Shown: positions 15,155 to 24,007 of the stretch, piece by piece | How the letters are laid out: each line of letters starts with the position of its first letter | Position numbering within the stretch: the stretch's first letter is position 1 | Assembly: GCA_046050965.1 (NCBI GenBank) | Contig: JBJOPC010000025.1 | Location: forward strand, 1-35,889 | Origin: Verrucomicrobiota bacterium | GTDB taxonomy: Bacteria; Verrucomicrobiota; Verrucomicrobiia; Limisphaerales; JAFMIX01 | DNA: 35,889 nucleotides | Direction of reading: 5' to 3' | Position numbers and translations under genes: made by a program | Notes under the pieces: model-generated | What the model was told of the DNA's origin: nothing | What the model saw: only the letters and a program-made list of their open reading frames with translations | Databases searched by the model: none

Positions 15155-18100
15155 TCATTTGGCTTTCAAAATTCGGAACGGTTGCGTCCAGGCGTCGAAG
15201 CGACAGACGCTGGCGTAGTCGCAGAAATCGCAGGCGGTCTCGCTGCCTTTGCGGAAGGGCGTGACGGAAATTTTTCCGGCAAAAATTTCCGTGCCGAACT
15301 GTTTCAAGTTGGCGACAGCGTCGTCGAGCAGCGCGCGGAATTCGGGCGCGGGCAAGCGGTCGTGGCTGGTTTTGCCGGTCTTGAATTGTTCCTTGGTTTC
15401 GGCGGGGTCGAGTTTGGCGAGTTGTGCTTCGTCGTAGCGACCGACGTGCTGAAAACTTTCGCGGACGGTAGTCGCGGCGTGAGTGGCGTCGGTGTCGCGG
15501 GTTTTGCTGGTGGAAAATTCGCCGCGTAAGTTGACGTAGAAAACGCCGGCGGCGGAAATTTTTTCCACGCCGAGCGTGGCGCAGGATTCGGGAATGTTTT
15601 CGAGTGCAGCAAGGTAAGCGGGGAGTTGCAACTGCACTCCGTGAGCGAGCTTGAGTTGGTCAGGTTTGCGCGCGCTAGATTTGTAGTCCACGACGACAGC
15701 GAGCGCGGCACCGGTGGTGGGATCGCGCCATAAATCCACGCGGTCAATGCGTCCGCGCAGCGAAAGTTGGTGCGTGGCGTCGAGCGGAATTGTCCAAGCG
15801 GGCCAAGGAGAATCTTCGGGCAGACCGAAGCCGACTTCGACGAGCGCGGGGTCGAATTGATAGTCGCGCGCCCAGCCGATGAGGACGCCGAGGAGCGTTT
15901 CGAGCGCGGCGAGGAGTGTCTCACCAGCGAAGCGGCTGGCGGCGTCGCGCGTGAATAGGCCGCGCTCGTAGGCGGGCAGGAGTTCGTGGCCGAGGCGACG
16001 CACGCGGGCGCGCGCGGTGTCGGGCGTGAGGTCGCGCCACTTCAAATTTTCGGTGAGCAGTTCGTTGTGGAAAATTTTCAGAAGCTCGTGTTGGAACGAA
16101 CCGCGTTGGCGGGCGTCGAGTTCAAATTCTTTACGCTCTTGCGCGCGGAGGCCGCGACCGACGAAGAACTTAAACGGACACGCGCCGAAATCTTCGAGCG
16201 CGCTGACGGAAGTTTTGAACTCACTGCCGTAGAGCGCGTCGGCGTGGGCGGGCGTGATTAACTGGGGCGCGTGGGCGGCGGCGATTTGCTGCGCGTGAGC
16301 CAGCACGTCGGTGAGTTGGGGCAGTGCGAGCAGTGGAGTTTGCACGCCGCGCGACTGGAGTTGGAGGGCGGCGGGAATGATTTCGTGCGGGTGAACGAGC
16401 GCGTCGAACGGCGCGGGCGCGGGCGCGTCGGTGAGTTTTATTTCAGGGAAAATTTTTTCGAGTTGATCGAAAAAGGGCGAGCGGTTCAGCGCTTTGCCCC
16501 GCGCGTCAGTCTGGGCGCAGGTGAGCACGAGGCGTTCGCTGGCGCGCGTGACGGCGACGTAGCCGAAATATCTTTCGTGACCGAGGCGACGGCGCAAATC
16601 AGGGCTGGGCGCGGCGTGGTGCAAGGAGAGTTCGTCGCGTTCGAGTTCGTTGAGGAGTGAGTTTTCGCGGGGTGGCGCGGGGAAAATGCCTTCGTTCAAG
16701 CCGAGCACGACGGCGAGTTTCAGTTCGGGTGTGCGCGAACGGTCGAGCGCGCCGATGACGACTTGATCCAGCGCGGGTGGGATGACGCCGACGGTCAGCG
16801 TGGCGAGGCCGGACTCAACGATGGGCAGCCAGTCGCGGACGGTGAGTGTGGTGTCGGGGAACGCGCGGGCGAGATTGCCGAGCCATTTTTGGAGCTGTTC
16901 CCAGACGGTGGCGTGGATTGGCGATTGGCAATTGGCAATTGAGGACTGGGGAAATTCTTGTGCGCTCCACGTCTCAAAAGTTTTTTGCACGTCGAGTTCG
17001 TGCCAGAGATTTTGCAGGGCGGTGGCGAGTTGTTCGCCGGTGGCGGCGGTGGCGAGCGTGGTCGAAAAAGTTTTGAACGGCGGAACGATTTGTTGGCGCA
17101 AGTTTTCGGCGGTTGCGGAATCGGCGATGGGGTTCAACCAGAATTTTCCATCCCAGCCGAATTGTAGCGCGGCGTTTTCGAGGGAATCAATTTCCGTTTC
17201 CGCGACGGGGACGAGGCCGGTTTTGAGCGCGCCGAACCAGTCGTCGTGCCGCCAGCCGTAGGCGGCGAGGCGCAGGGCGTAACGCGTGAGTTCGGCGAGC
17301 GGATGGTGGGCGACGGGTTCGCGGCGGTCGAGGTAGCAGGGGATTTCGTAGCGCGCGAACACGCGGCGAAGCGTGTCGGCGTAACCATCGAGCGAGCGGA
17401 CGAGCACGGCAGTTTCGCGGAAACGTCCGCCGCGCTGAACGTGTGCGAGGATTTCGCGCGCGGCGTGGACGGCTTCGGCATCGGGCGTCGAAAGCCGGAA
17501 AAGTTGAAGCGCAGAAGGCGTAGGGCGTGGGGCGTGGGGCGCGGGCTGGCCGCTTGCCCAGCTTTTTTCTAGGTGCGCGAGTGTGGGATTTCTGGCGAAC
17601 CGGGTTGACGGCGCGGTGTTGGACAGAACTTCCGTGATGAGTTGCACGGTGGAAATTTTTTCCAAGCGTTCGCGACAACGGAGAAAAGTCTGGCCGACAA
17701 TCGCCCACGGCGAGAGCCAGCCGGGGTCGGTTTTAATTTCGGCGTCGAGGCAGAACGCGAGCGTTGCGCGCTGGCATTGGGGGACGAGCGCGGCGAGCAG
17801 GTCGAGTTCCTGCGCGGTCATTTCGGCGAAGCCATCGAGCCATAGTTGCGCGAGCGGCATCGTCCACGCGCCGGATTTCAACTGCTCGGCGGCGAGGGTG
17901 ATGAGCGTGGAGGCGTCGTGCAGCGCGTAGTCGGCGAGCCACGTTTGGTAGGCGCGCAGGAGCAGGGCGAAGTCGTGGAGTTTGTCGCGGAGCTGCGACG
18001 GGAGAGTTTTTTTCCCGGCGAGGTCGAAAAGTTTTTGCGGCGAGATTTGCTGGCGTTGAAATTCCTGGAGCAGCGCGCTCAAGCGTTTGGCGAAACCGGG

Positions 18101-18448
18101 CAGGCGCGCGGTGGCGTGGAAGAGACGGAGTTCGCCGCGATGCCGCGCGAGCAGGGCGCGGAGAATCATCACGCGGCCTTCGTCAGCGAGCCAGCCGGGC
18201 AGGGCGGGGGAAAATTCGGCGACGATGAATTCCGCGAGGCGCTCGAAGGAAACAATCTGGAGGCGCGTGTAACCGGCGAGCGAACCGTCGGCGAGGAGGT
18301 CGCGCTCGATTTGAAACGTGGCTTGCTTGGGCGCGAGGAGAATCAGCGGCGGGCCGTTGGGCGCGCGGAGGAGTTCGGCGCGAATCTCGGCGAGGCAGCG
18401 GAATGTTTTGCCGCTGCCAGCGGGGCCGAGGAGGAAGCGCGTTTGCAC
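15155..18448 (-). CDS. addB: AddB-type helicase-nuclease subunit (PD-(D/E)XK nuclease with Fe-S cysteines)
   Basis: 1097 aa from a GTG start. It has an N-terminal P-loop (LLGPAGSGKT), the nuclease motif VVVDYKSS, and the C-terminal cysteine cluster CDFCDYASVCRF typical of AddB. Confidence 0.85.
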   Translation of the reverse strand: MQTRFLLGPAGSGKTFRCLAEIRAELLRAPNGPPLILLAPKQATFQIERDLLADGSLAGYTRLQIVSFERLAEFIVAEFSPALPGWLADEGRVMILRALLARHRGELRLFHATARLPGFAKRLSALLQEFQRQQISPQKLFDLAGKKTLPSQLRDKLHDFALLLRAYQTWLADYALHDASTLITLAAEQLKSGAWTMPLAQLWLDGFAEMTAQELDLLAALVPQCQRATLAFCLDAEIKTDPGWLSPWAIVGQTFLRCRERLEKISTVQLITEVLSNTAPSTRFARNPTLAHLEKSWASGQPAPHAPRPTPSALQLFRLSTPDAEAVHAAREILAHVQRGGRFRETAVLVRSLDGYADTLRRVFARYEIPCYLDRREPVAHHPLAELTRYALRLAAYGWRHDDWFGALKTGLVPVAETEIDSLENAALQFGWDGKFWLNPIADSATAENLRQQIVPPFKTFSTTLATAATGEQLATALQNLWHELDVQKTFETWSAQEFPQSSIANCQSPIHATVWEQLQKWLGNLARAFPDTTLTVRDWLPIVESGLATLTVGVIPPALDQVVIGALDRSRTPELKLAVVLGLNEGIFPAPPRENSLLNELERDELSLHHAAPSPDLRRRLGHERYFGYVAVTRASERLVLTCAQTDARGKALNRSPFFDQLEKIFPEIKLTDAPAPAPFDALVHPHEIIPAALQLQSRGVQTPLLALPQLTDVLAHAQQIAAAHAPQLITPAHADALYGSEFKTSVSALEDFGACPFKFFVGRGLRAQERKEFELDARQRGSFQHELLKIFHNELLTENLKWRDLTPDTARARVRRLGHELLPAYERGLFTRDAASRFAGETLLAALETLLGVLIGWARDYQFDPALVEVGFGLPEDSPWPAWTIPLDATHQLSLRGRIDRVDLWRDPTTGAALAVVVDYKSSARKPDQLKLAHGVQLQLPAYLAALENIPESCATLGVEKISAAGVFYVNLRGEFSTSKTRDTDATHAATTVRESFQHVGRYDEAQLAKLDPAETKEQFKTGKTSHDRLPAPEFRALLDDAVANLKQFGTEIFAGKISVTPFRKGSETACDFCDYASVCRFDAWTQPFRILKAK
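16916..16951. repeat. 7-nt tandem tract inside addB
   Basis: GATTGGC GATTGGC AATTGGC AATTGAG GACTGGG is translated on the minus strand as ...PQSSIANCQSPIH... Confidence 0.75.
17518..17545. repeat. 7-nt tandem tract inside addB
   Basis: GCGTAGG GCGTGGG GCGTGGG GCGCGGG is translated on the minus strand as ...PHAPRPTPS... Confidence 0.7.
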
Positions 18449-18499
18449 GGCGGGGATTTTTCCGGCAACGGCGCGGGGTGGAAAGAAGTTTTCGCGGAA

Positions 18500-18952
18500 T
18501 TATTTTTGAAGCGGGAAGCTGACGGGAGCGACGGGCTGGTTTTGGAACTGGTCAAACAGGGTCGTGCCACCGGGCAGAGCGACGGCGGGGTTGGTGGCGG
18601 AGTTTTGTGGCGGCAAAACTTGGACGAACGTGGGATTATTTTTCTGCACGAAGTCGTCGGTGTCCGCCGGGTCTTGGACGAGGTAGATGCCGCCGAGCGC
18701 GAGGGCGCAGACGCCGATGCCGCAAGCGGTGGCGAGCGCAGGTTTGGCGGCGAGGGTCTTCCAGAAACGCTGCATCCATGAAGCTTCTTCGCCCATTTGT
18801 TGCCAGAGATCGGACTGGAGATGTTCGCCGCCGCGGAGGCGGGCGCGGATGTCGTTAGCGAGGTGGTCGAAGTAGCCGGGCGGCGGAACTTCATGCTTTT
18901 TTAGGGCGATCAGTTTCCGCAGTTTTTCAAATTCGTCCGGTTCCGCGCTCAT
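18500..18952 (-). CDS. putative anti-sigma factor (single-pass membrane protein)
   Basis: 150 aa from the ATG at 18950..18952, beginning 5 nt after the ECF sigma stop. It has one central TM helix (ALATACGIGVCALALGGIYLV). The call rests on position and topology only. Confidence 0.5.
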   Translation of the reverse strand: MSAEPDEFEKLRKLIALKKHEVPPPGYFDHLANDIRARLRGGEHLQSDLWQQMGEEASWMQRFWKTLAAKPALATACGIGVCALALGGIYLVQDPADTDDFVQKNNPTFVQVLPPQNSATNPAVALPGGTTLFDQFQNQPVAPVSFPLQK

Positions 18953-18957
18953 AAACT

Positions 18958-19557
18958 TTATTGGTCGAGATAACTTTTCAACAAACCTTGCAACTGTTGG
19001 CGGGCGTAAAACAACCGCGACCGCACGGTGCCGACGTTGCAATCCATGATTTCGGCAATCTCGTCGTGCGACATTCCTTGCACATCATGCAAGGTCACGA
19101 CGAGCCGATGTTGTTCCGACAGCTTGAGCAGGGCTTCGTTCAATTTTTTTTGCAGCTCGGACAATTGGGCGTCGCGCTGCGGCGTTTTCTCGGAGACGAA
19201 GGCGACGAGGTCGGGGTCGTGTTCGGCGTGAACGTCGAGGTCGTTCAAGCTGACGGAAATTCCTCTGCGTTTGCGGGACTTGAGAAAATTCAGCGTCTTG
19301 TTGACCGCAATCCGATAAACCCAGGTGTAAAAACTGGAACCGCCTTGGAAAGTTTTGAGCGCGGAATAGGCTTTGATGAACGCTTCTTGCGCGAGGTCGT
19401 TGGCGTCCTCGTGGTTGGCGGTCATGTGGTAAAGCGTGGCGTAGATGCGCTGCTGATGGCCGCGGACGAGTTCGTCGTAGGCGGACAAATCGCCGCGCCG
19501 CGAGCGTTTGAGCAAGTCCAACTCGTCGTAATTGTCCGGCGTCACTTCCGCGCTCAC
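18958..19557 (-). CDS. ECF-type RNA polymerase sigma factor (sigma-70 family, group 4)
   Basis: The GTG at 19555..19557 overlaps the upstream gene's TGA (GTGA). Region 2 reads DLAQEAFIKAY...FYTWVYRIAVN and region 4 reads HDEIAEIMDCNVGTVRSRLFYARQQL. Confidence 0.9.
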   Translation of the reverse strand: MSAEVTPDNYDELDLLKRSRRGDLSAYDELVRGHQQRIYATLYHMTANHEDANDLAQEAFIKAYSALKTFQGGSSFYTWVYRIAVNKTLNFLKSRKRRGISVSLNDLDVHAEHDPDLVAFVSEKTPQRDAQLSELQKKLNEALLKLSEQHRLVVTLHDVQGMSHDEIAEIMDCNVGTVRSRLFYARQQLQGLLKSYLDQ

Positions 19558-20594
19558 GCGAACATCTCCTCGGTCTGGTGCGCTAGAAAATCCGTGAGCG
19601 CGAGCAACCCGGCGGGCTGCGCGGATGCTTGGCGGGCGGCGGCGCGCGCGGTGTCCAGCCAGCGGTGGATCGCGCGCAGGGACGCGGGCAAAATCTCGTG
19701 CTGCGCGAGCGCGGCGCGCAGTTGGGGCAGTGCTTCTGGCTGCCAACTGCGAATCATTTTTTCCAACGGCGCGCGGTCGGCGGCGGAAACTTTTTCGCGC
19801 AGGAGCAGCACGGGCAAAGTTAATTTCCCTTTGGCCAAGTCGGTGCCGAGCGATTTGCCCGCGCGCGATTCGCAGCCGAAAATGTCCACGCAGTCGTCGT
19901 AAAGTTGGTAGGCCGTGCCGAGCGCGTGACCGAACTCGCGCAACGCCGCGCGTTGCGCCGTCGTGCCGCCCGCGAGTAAGCCGCCGAGATCGCAGGCGAG
20001 CGCGAAGAGTTCGGCGGTTTTCATTTCCAGCATTTTCAGATACGCGGCCTCGGCGAGGTTGAAATCACCGCGTGCTTTCGTCTGCAAAATTTCTCCGGCG
20101 CAAACGGTGTTCGTGGCGGACGCGACGGCGCGGCAAATTTCTGGCGTGGGAAAGCTGGCGGACAATTTCAGCGCGTGGGCGAACAGACAATCGCCGAGCA
20201 GCACGGCGAGTTCGTTGCCCCAATTGGCGGCGAGGGTGCGGCGTCCGCGCCGCAATTCTGCTTCGTCCATCACGTCGTCATGGACGAGCGTGGCGAGGTG
20301 AACCATCTCGATGATGACGGCGACGGTCGTGTGATCGTCGTTCAGTTTGCCGGTGGCGTTGGCGGAGAGGGCGACGAGGAGCGGACGGAGCTGTTTGCCT
20401 TGGCCGACGAGCGCGTATTCCGCGTAGCCTTCCACGCCGGGGTCGAAGGCGGAGATTTGCTGACGCAGGCGCGCGGCGACGGCGGCTAAAAAGGGTTCGG
20501 CCGGCTCAACGATATGCTTCCACGCGAAGGGCGGATGGCTGTTGGCCGGGTCAGAGGTGGGGGCGACCGAGTTGAATGTTTCCGCTGCGACCAT
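19554..20594 (-). CDS. polyprenyl diphosphate synthase (trans-IPPS, IspB-like)
   Basis: 346 aa with the two Asp-rich motifs LVHDDVMDEAELRRGRRT and YQLYDDCVD. Confidence 0.9.
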   Translation of the reverse strand: MVAAETFNSVAPTSDPANSHPPFAWKHIVEPAEPFLAAVAARLRQQISAFDPGVEGYAEYALVGQGKQLRPLLVALSANATGKLNDDHTTVAVIIEMVHLATLVHDDVMDEAELRRGRRTLAANWGNELAVLLGDCLFAHALKLSASFPTPEICRAVASATNTVCAGEILQTKARGDFNLAEAAYLKMLEMKTAELFALACDLGGLLAGGTTAQRAALREFGHALGTAYQLYDDCVDIFGCESRAGKSLGTDLAKGKLTLPVLLLREKVSAADRAPLEKMIRSWQPEALPQLRAALAQHEILPASLRAIHRWLDTARAAARQASAQPAGLLALTDFLAHQTEEMFA

Positions 20595-20602
20595 GCGCGC
20601 GC

Positions 20603-20631
20603 AGTCTAGGTGCGGGCAAAGTCCAAGTCAA
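20603..20631 (-). promoter_or_regulatory. sigma-70-like promoter candidate for the polyprenyl synthase / sigma operon
   Basis: The minus strand reads TTGACT (20631-20626), 17 nt, then TAGACT (20608-20603). The -10 ends only 8 nt before the ATG at 20594. If real, the transcript would be leaderless or nearly so. Confidence 0.3.
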
Positions 20632-20743
20632 AATTTTACTCGGCGCGCGTGAATTAAGTGAACGGTTGTAACCTTTGCCTGCCGGTTCTCCGTCTCCTCT
20701 GCCATCGTCGGTAATAACAACCAACAAAATTGCTCCATCATTT

Positions 20744-21058
20744 ATGAAAAAATTATCCATCCTCGCGCTCACCATGCTTTGCGCCACCGCGGTCACCACC
20801 CACGCCGGTGATGCCGCCAAGAAAGAATCCAAAGGCAAAGGCCCCAAGAAAGAACTGACCGCTGAACAGAAAGCCGTCAACGACGAAATCCTCGCCAAAT
20901 ACGACGCGAACAAAGACGGCAAGCTCGACGCGGCTGAAAAAGCCAAGATCAGTGCCGAAGACAAAGCCAAAATGGAAAAGGCCGGCTTGAGCCACGGCAA
21001 AAAGAAAGCCGCCGACGCTGCCAAGACGGAAGCCCCCAAGGCTGACGCGGCGAAGTAA
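20744..21058 (+). CDS. small secreted Lys-rich protein with one EF-hand-type loop
   Basis: The signal peptide is MKKLSILALTMLCATAVTTHA. The canonical 12-residue loop DANKDGKLDAAE fits D-x-N-x-D-G-x-L-D-x-x-E. Confidence 0.6.
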   Translation: MKKLSILALTMLCATAVTTHAGDAAKKESKGKGPKKELTAEQKAVNDEILAKYDANKDGKLDAAEKAKISAEDKAKMEKAGLSHGKKKAADAAKTEAPKADAAK

Positions 21059-21077
21059 GTTGCCCAGTCAATTCTCC

Positions 21078-21111
21078 AAACGCCCCGCTGATTTCAGCGG
21101 GGCGTTTTTTT
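21078..21111 (+). terminator. rho-independent terminator
   Basis: AAACGCCCCGCTG - ATTTC - CAGCGGGGCGTTT is followed by a T-run, 20 nt after the stop at 21058. Confidence 0.75.
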
Positions 21112-21175
21112 ATCGATTCCTCGGCGCGGGTGTTTTTGTTTGCGTTGGATTTTCGCGGGCAATACCTTTGCGCGC

Positions 21176-22249
21176 ATGAATCGTCTTGGCCGTTTTACTT
21201 TCGTCGTTGCGTTCGGGTTGCTCGCGTTTGCGTTTCGTTCCCCCGCGCCGCTGACGTATCAGCCGGGCGAAGGCTGGACTTATGAAACCGCCGGCAAGGA
21301 AACCGGCAAATGGCAACGCGCCCGCGCCAAAGATCAACTCGACGTCGCGCAAGAAGCGTTCGATAAAAAAGATTTCGACACCGCGCGCAAAGCCGCTCTC
21401 CGCTGTGAACGCCTCTGGCCGCTCTCCGATTACACGCCCAAGGCGCAATATCTCGTGGGTCGTTGCTACGAGGAACAGAAGAACGATGAGAAGGCGTTCA
21501 AGGCTTACCAACGCTTAATCGAACACAGCCCGAAGGCGGATAACTATCAGGAAATTCTCCAGCGCCAAATCGGTATTGCTAATCGCTACCTCGACGGCCA
21601 ATGGTTCAAGGCCTTCAACTACATCCCGTTTTTTCCGAACATGGACAAGACCGCTGGGATGTATGAAAAAATTATCAAGAGCGGTCCCTACAGCGACGTA
21701 GCCGCGCAGGCGCAAATCAAACTCGGCGAGGCGCGCGAGAAACAAGCCGAACCTAAAGCCGCCGTGAAAGCCTATCAAACCGCCGCCGACCGTTTCAGTG
21801 ACCGCCCGGCCATCGCCGCCGACGCGCTTTGGAAAACCGGCCTCGCCTACAAGAAACAATGCAAGTCCGCCGAGTATGATTCCAATCTCGCGAACCAAGC
21901 CATCGCGTCGTTCACCGATTTCATCACGCTGTTTCCGCAAGACACGCGCGTGACCGACGCGCAGAAATTCATCGGCGAACTCAAGACCGAAGCCGCGCGT
22001 GGCAATATCGGCATCGCTCAATACTACGAAAAGAACCACAAGTGGGCGGCAGCGCGCGTCTACTACAACGAAGCCGTCACGCAAGACCCGAGTTCTGAAC
22101 TCGCGAACCAAGCCCGTGCGCGCATCGCCCAATTGAACGCCAAACTTGGCGACCAAGCCGAAGCCCCCGCGCCTGCCGTCGCACCCGCTGCGACTGAACC
22201 CGCGCCCGCACCCGTTGCCGAAAAGACTGAAACGCCCGTTGCTAAATAA
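21176..22249 (+). CDS. TPR-repeat outer-membrane assembly (BamD/YfiO-like) protein
   Basis: The signal-like N-terminus is MNRLGRFTFVVAFGLLAFAF. TPR-like helical repeats resemble BamD, and the tail is Ala/Pro-rich. There is no lipobox Cys, so the call is tentative. Confidence 0.5.
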   Translation: MNRLGRFTFVVAFGLLAFAFRSPAPLTYQPGEGWTYETAGKETGKWQRARAKDQLDVAQEAFDKKDFDTARKAALRCERLWPLSDYTPKAQYLVGRCYEEQKNDEKAFKAYQRLIEHSPKADNYQEILQRQIGIANRYLDGQWFKAFNYIPFFPNMDKTAGMYEKIIKSGPYSDVAAQAQIKLGEAREKQAEPKAAVKAYQTAADRFSDRPAIAADALWKTGLAYKKQCKSAEYDSNLANQAIASFTDFITLFPQDTRVTDAQKFIGELKTEAARGNIGIAQYYEKNHKWAAARVYYNEAVTQDPSSELANQARARIAQLNAKLGDQAEAPAPAVAPAATEPAPAPVAEKTETPVAK

Positions 22250-22253
22250 TTTT

Positions 22254-22766
22254 ATGCGTCGCCTCCACACCCTTGCCCTCGCGTTGCTCACCGTCGTTGC
22301 CGCCGGTTGCGCCGGTTACAAACTTGGCCCCACCAACGGTGACCACGCCGGTGACCAGTCCGTGCAAATCGTCCCGTTCCAAAACCAAACCTTGGAGCCG
22401 CACCTCACCGACGCCGTCACCACCGAACTCCGCGACCGCCTCCAACGCGACGCCACTTACAAACTTTCCACGCACGGCGACGCCGACATCGTCGTCAGCG
22501 GCGTCCTCACCAGCTACGGACGCAGTGCCATGAGTTTTCAGCCCGGCGACACGTTCACCGCGCGCGATTACAAACTCGCGCTCACCGCCCAAGTCACCGC
22601 GCGCCACCGCAGCACCGGCGCCGTCATCTTCGAGAAGCCCATCAAAGGCTACACCACCATGCGCACCGGCGCGGATCTCGTGAGCGACGAACGGCAGGCC
22701 TTGCCGCTGCTCGCCGCCGACCTCGCCAAGAACATCATCAGCCAACTCGCCGACGGCAGTTGGTAA
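22254..22766 (+). CDS. LptE-like lipoprotein
   Basis: It has a lipobox (LLTVVAAGC), is 170 aa, and its sequence style resembles the LPS-assembly lipoprotein LptE (VQIVPFQNQT...LTDAVTTELRDRL). Confidence 0.5.
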   Translation: MRRLHTLALALLTVVAAGCAGYKLGPTNGDHAGDQSVQIVPFQNQTLEPHLTDAVTTELRDRLQRDATYKLSTHGDADIVVSGVLTSYGRSAMSFQPGDTFTARDYKLALTAQVTARHRSTGAVIFEKPIKGYTTMRTGADLVSDERQALPLLAADLAKNIISQLADGSW

Positions 22767-22778
22767 CTCCGCCGCGCG

Positions 22779-23948
22779 ATGTCGCCGGTGATTTTTCTTT
22801 TGCCAGCGTTGGCTGCCGCGCTCGCCGTCCACCTCCTCTGGCGCAGCAAGTCGCGGCGTGAACGTGCCGTGTGGACGTTGGAAAATTCCCGCCGCAATTC
22901 CGCCGAAGCCTCCGTCGCTGCCGAAACCCTCGCCCGGCAAGACGCTCTGTTCGACAGCATGGTCGAAGGCGTATTAGTCCTCGACGAACACGACCGCGTG
23001 CGCTTCGCCAACCGCGCCTTCGCCGCCATGTTTGCCACCACCGGCGCGCTGCGCGGCAAGACCCTGCTCGAAGCCCTGCGCGAACACGCCGTTTCAGAAA
23101 TCGCCGCCCGCGCCAAAATTGAGCGCGTCGCCGAACACGAACTGAAACTCGCCGGCGAACCCGAACGCTGGCTCCAAATCTCCGCCGCCGCCGTCACCAG
23201 CGCCGACCGTCGCGCGCTGGGAACCATCCTTGTCTTCCACGACCTCACTCGTCTCAAACAACTCGAACGCACCCGCCAAGAATTCGTCGCCAACGTCAGC
23301 CACGAACTCCGCACCCCGCTCACGATGATTGGCGGCTACGTCGAAACCCTGCTCGCCGGTGCGAAGGACGATCCGGCGAACGCGGAAAAGTTTTTGCAAA
23401 TCGTCGGCCGCCACACGCAACGGCTCACCTTGCTCATCGAAGATTTACTCGCGCTGTCGTCGCTGGAATCCGGGCAGATGCAGTTGCGGCTGGAAAATAT
23501 TTCGCTGGCTGACGCGGTGGACAAAGTCTTCGCTGACTTGCGCCCCCGCGCCGACGCCCGAAAAGTTTCCCTGCAAAATGAAATCACCAACCTCACCGCG
23601 CAGGCCGACCCCCACCGACTGCACCAAGTCTTGAGCAACCTCATCGACAACGCTATTAAGTATGGTCGCCCCGACGGCGCGGTGACCGTGAGCGCGCGCG
23701 TGAACGGCGACCGCGCCGCCGAAATCTCCGTGCGCGACGACGGCCCCGGTATTCCCGCCGAAGCGTTGGAACGCGTCTTCGAGCGTTTCTACCGCGTGGA
23801 CAAAGCCCGCGCCCGCGAACAAGGCGGAACCGGCCTCGGCCTCGCCATCGCCAAACACATCGTGCAAGCGCACGGCGGCAAAATCTGGGCGCACAGCGCG
23901 CCGGGGCAGGGCGCGGTGTTTGTTTTCACGCTGGCGACTGTCGTTTAG
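22779..23948 (+). CDS. sensor histidine kinase (TM-PAS-HisKA-HATPase)
   Basis: The H-box is FVANVSHELRTPL, the N-box is LSNLIDNAIKY, and the G-boxes are DDGPGI and GTGLGLAI. Confidence 0.9.
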   Translation: MSPVIFLLPALAAALAVHLLWRSKSRRERAVWTLENSRRNSAEASVAAETLARQDALFDSMVEGVLVLDEHDRVRFANRAFAAMFATTGALRGKTLLEALREHAVSEIAARAKIERVAEHELKLAGEPERWLQISAAAVTSADRRALGTILVFHDLTRLKQLERTRQEFVANVSHELRTPLTMIGGYVETLLAGAKDDPANAEKFLQIVGRHTQRLTLLIEDLLALSSLESGQMQLRLENISLADAVDKVFADLRPRADARKVSLQNEITNLTAQADPHRLHQVLSNLIDNAIKYGRPDGAVTVSARVNGDRAAEISVRDDGPGIPAEALERVFERFYRVDKARAREQGGTGLGLAIAKHIVQAHGGKIWAHSAPGQGAVFVFTLATVV

Positions 23949-24007
23949 CGGGCAGTTTGCGATTGCACGGCGGGCGCACTTCCCGCAAGCTGGCGTGGTT
24001 CAATTTT

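Noticed and set aside
15155-18448. The large P-loop plus PD-(D/E)XK protein as a novel defence nuclease-helicase.
   Set aside because: The motif set (N-terminal GxGKT, DYK nuclease motif, C-terminal CxxCxxxxxC Fe-S cluster) and its size fit housekeeping AddB. No defence-island neighbours (methylases, TA modules, other nucleases) are present.
20668-20695. An ECF-type promoter candidate, GTAACC-N17-CGTCT, upstream of the EF-hand protein gene.
   Set aside because: The AAC-to-CGT spacing is 18 nt, longer than I recall for typical ECF promoters (about 16-17). It is a single occurrence, and the cognate sigma's specificity is unknown. The evidence is too weak to call.
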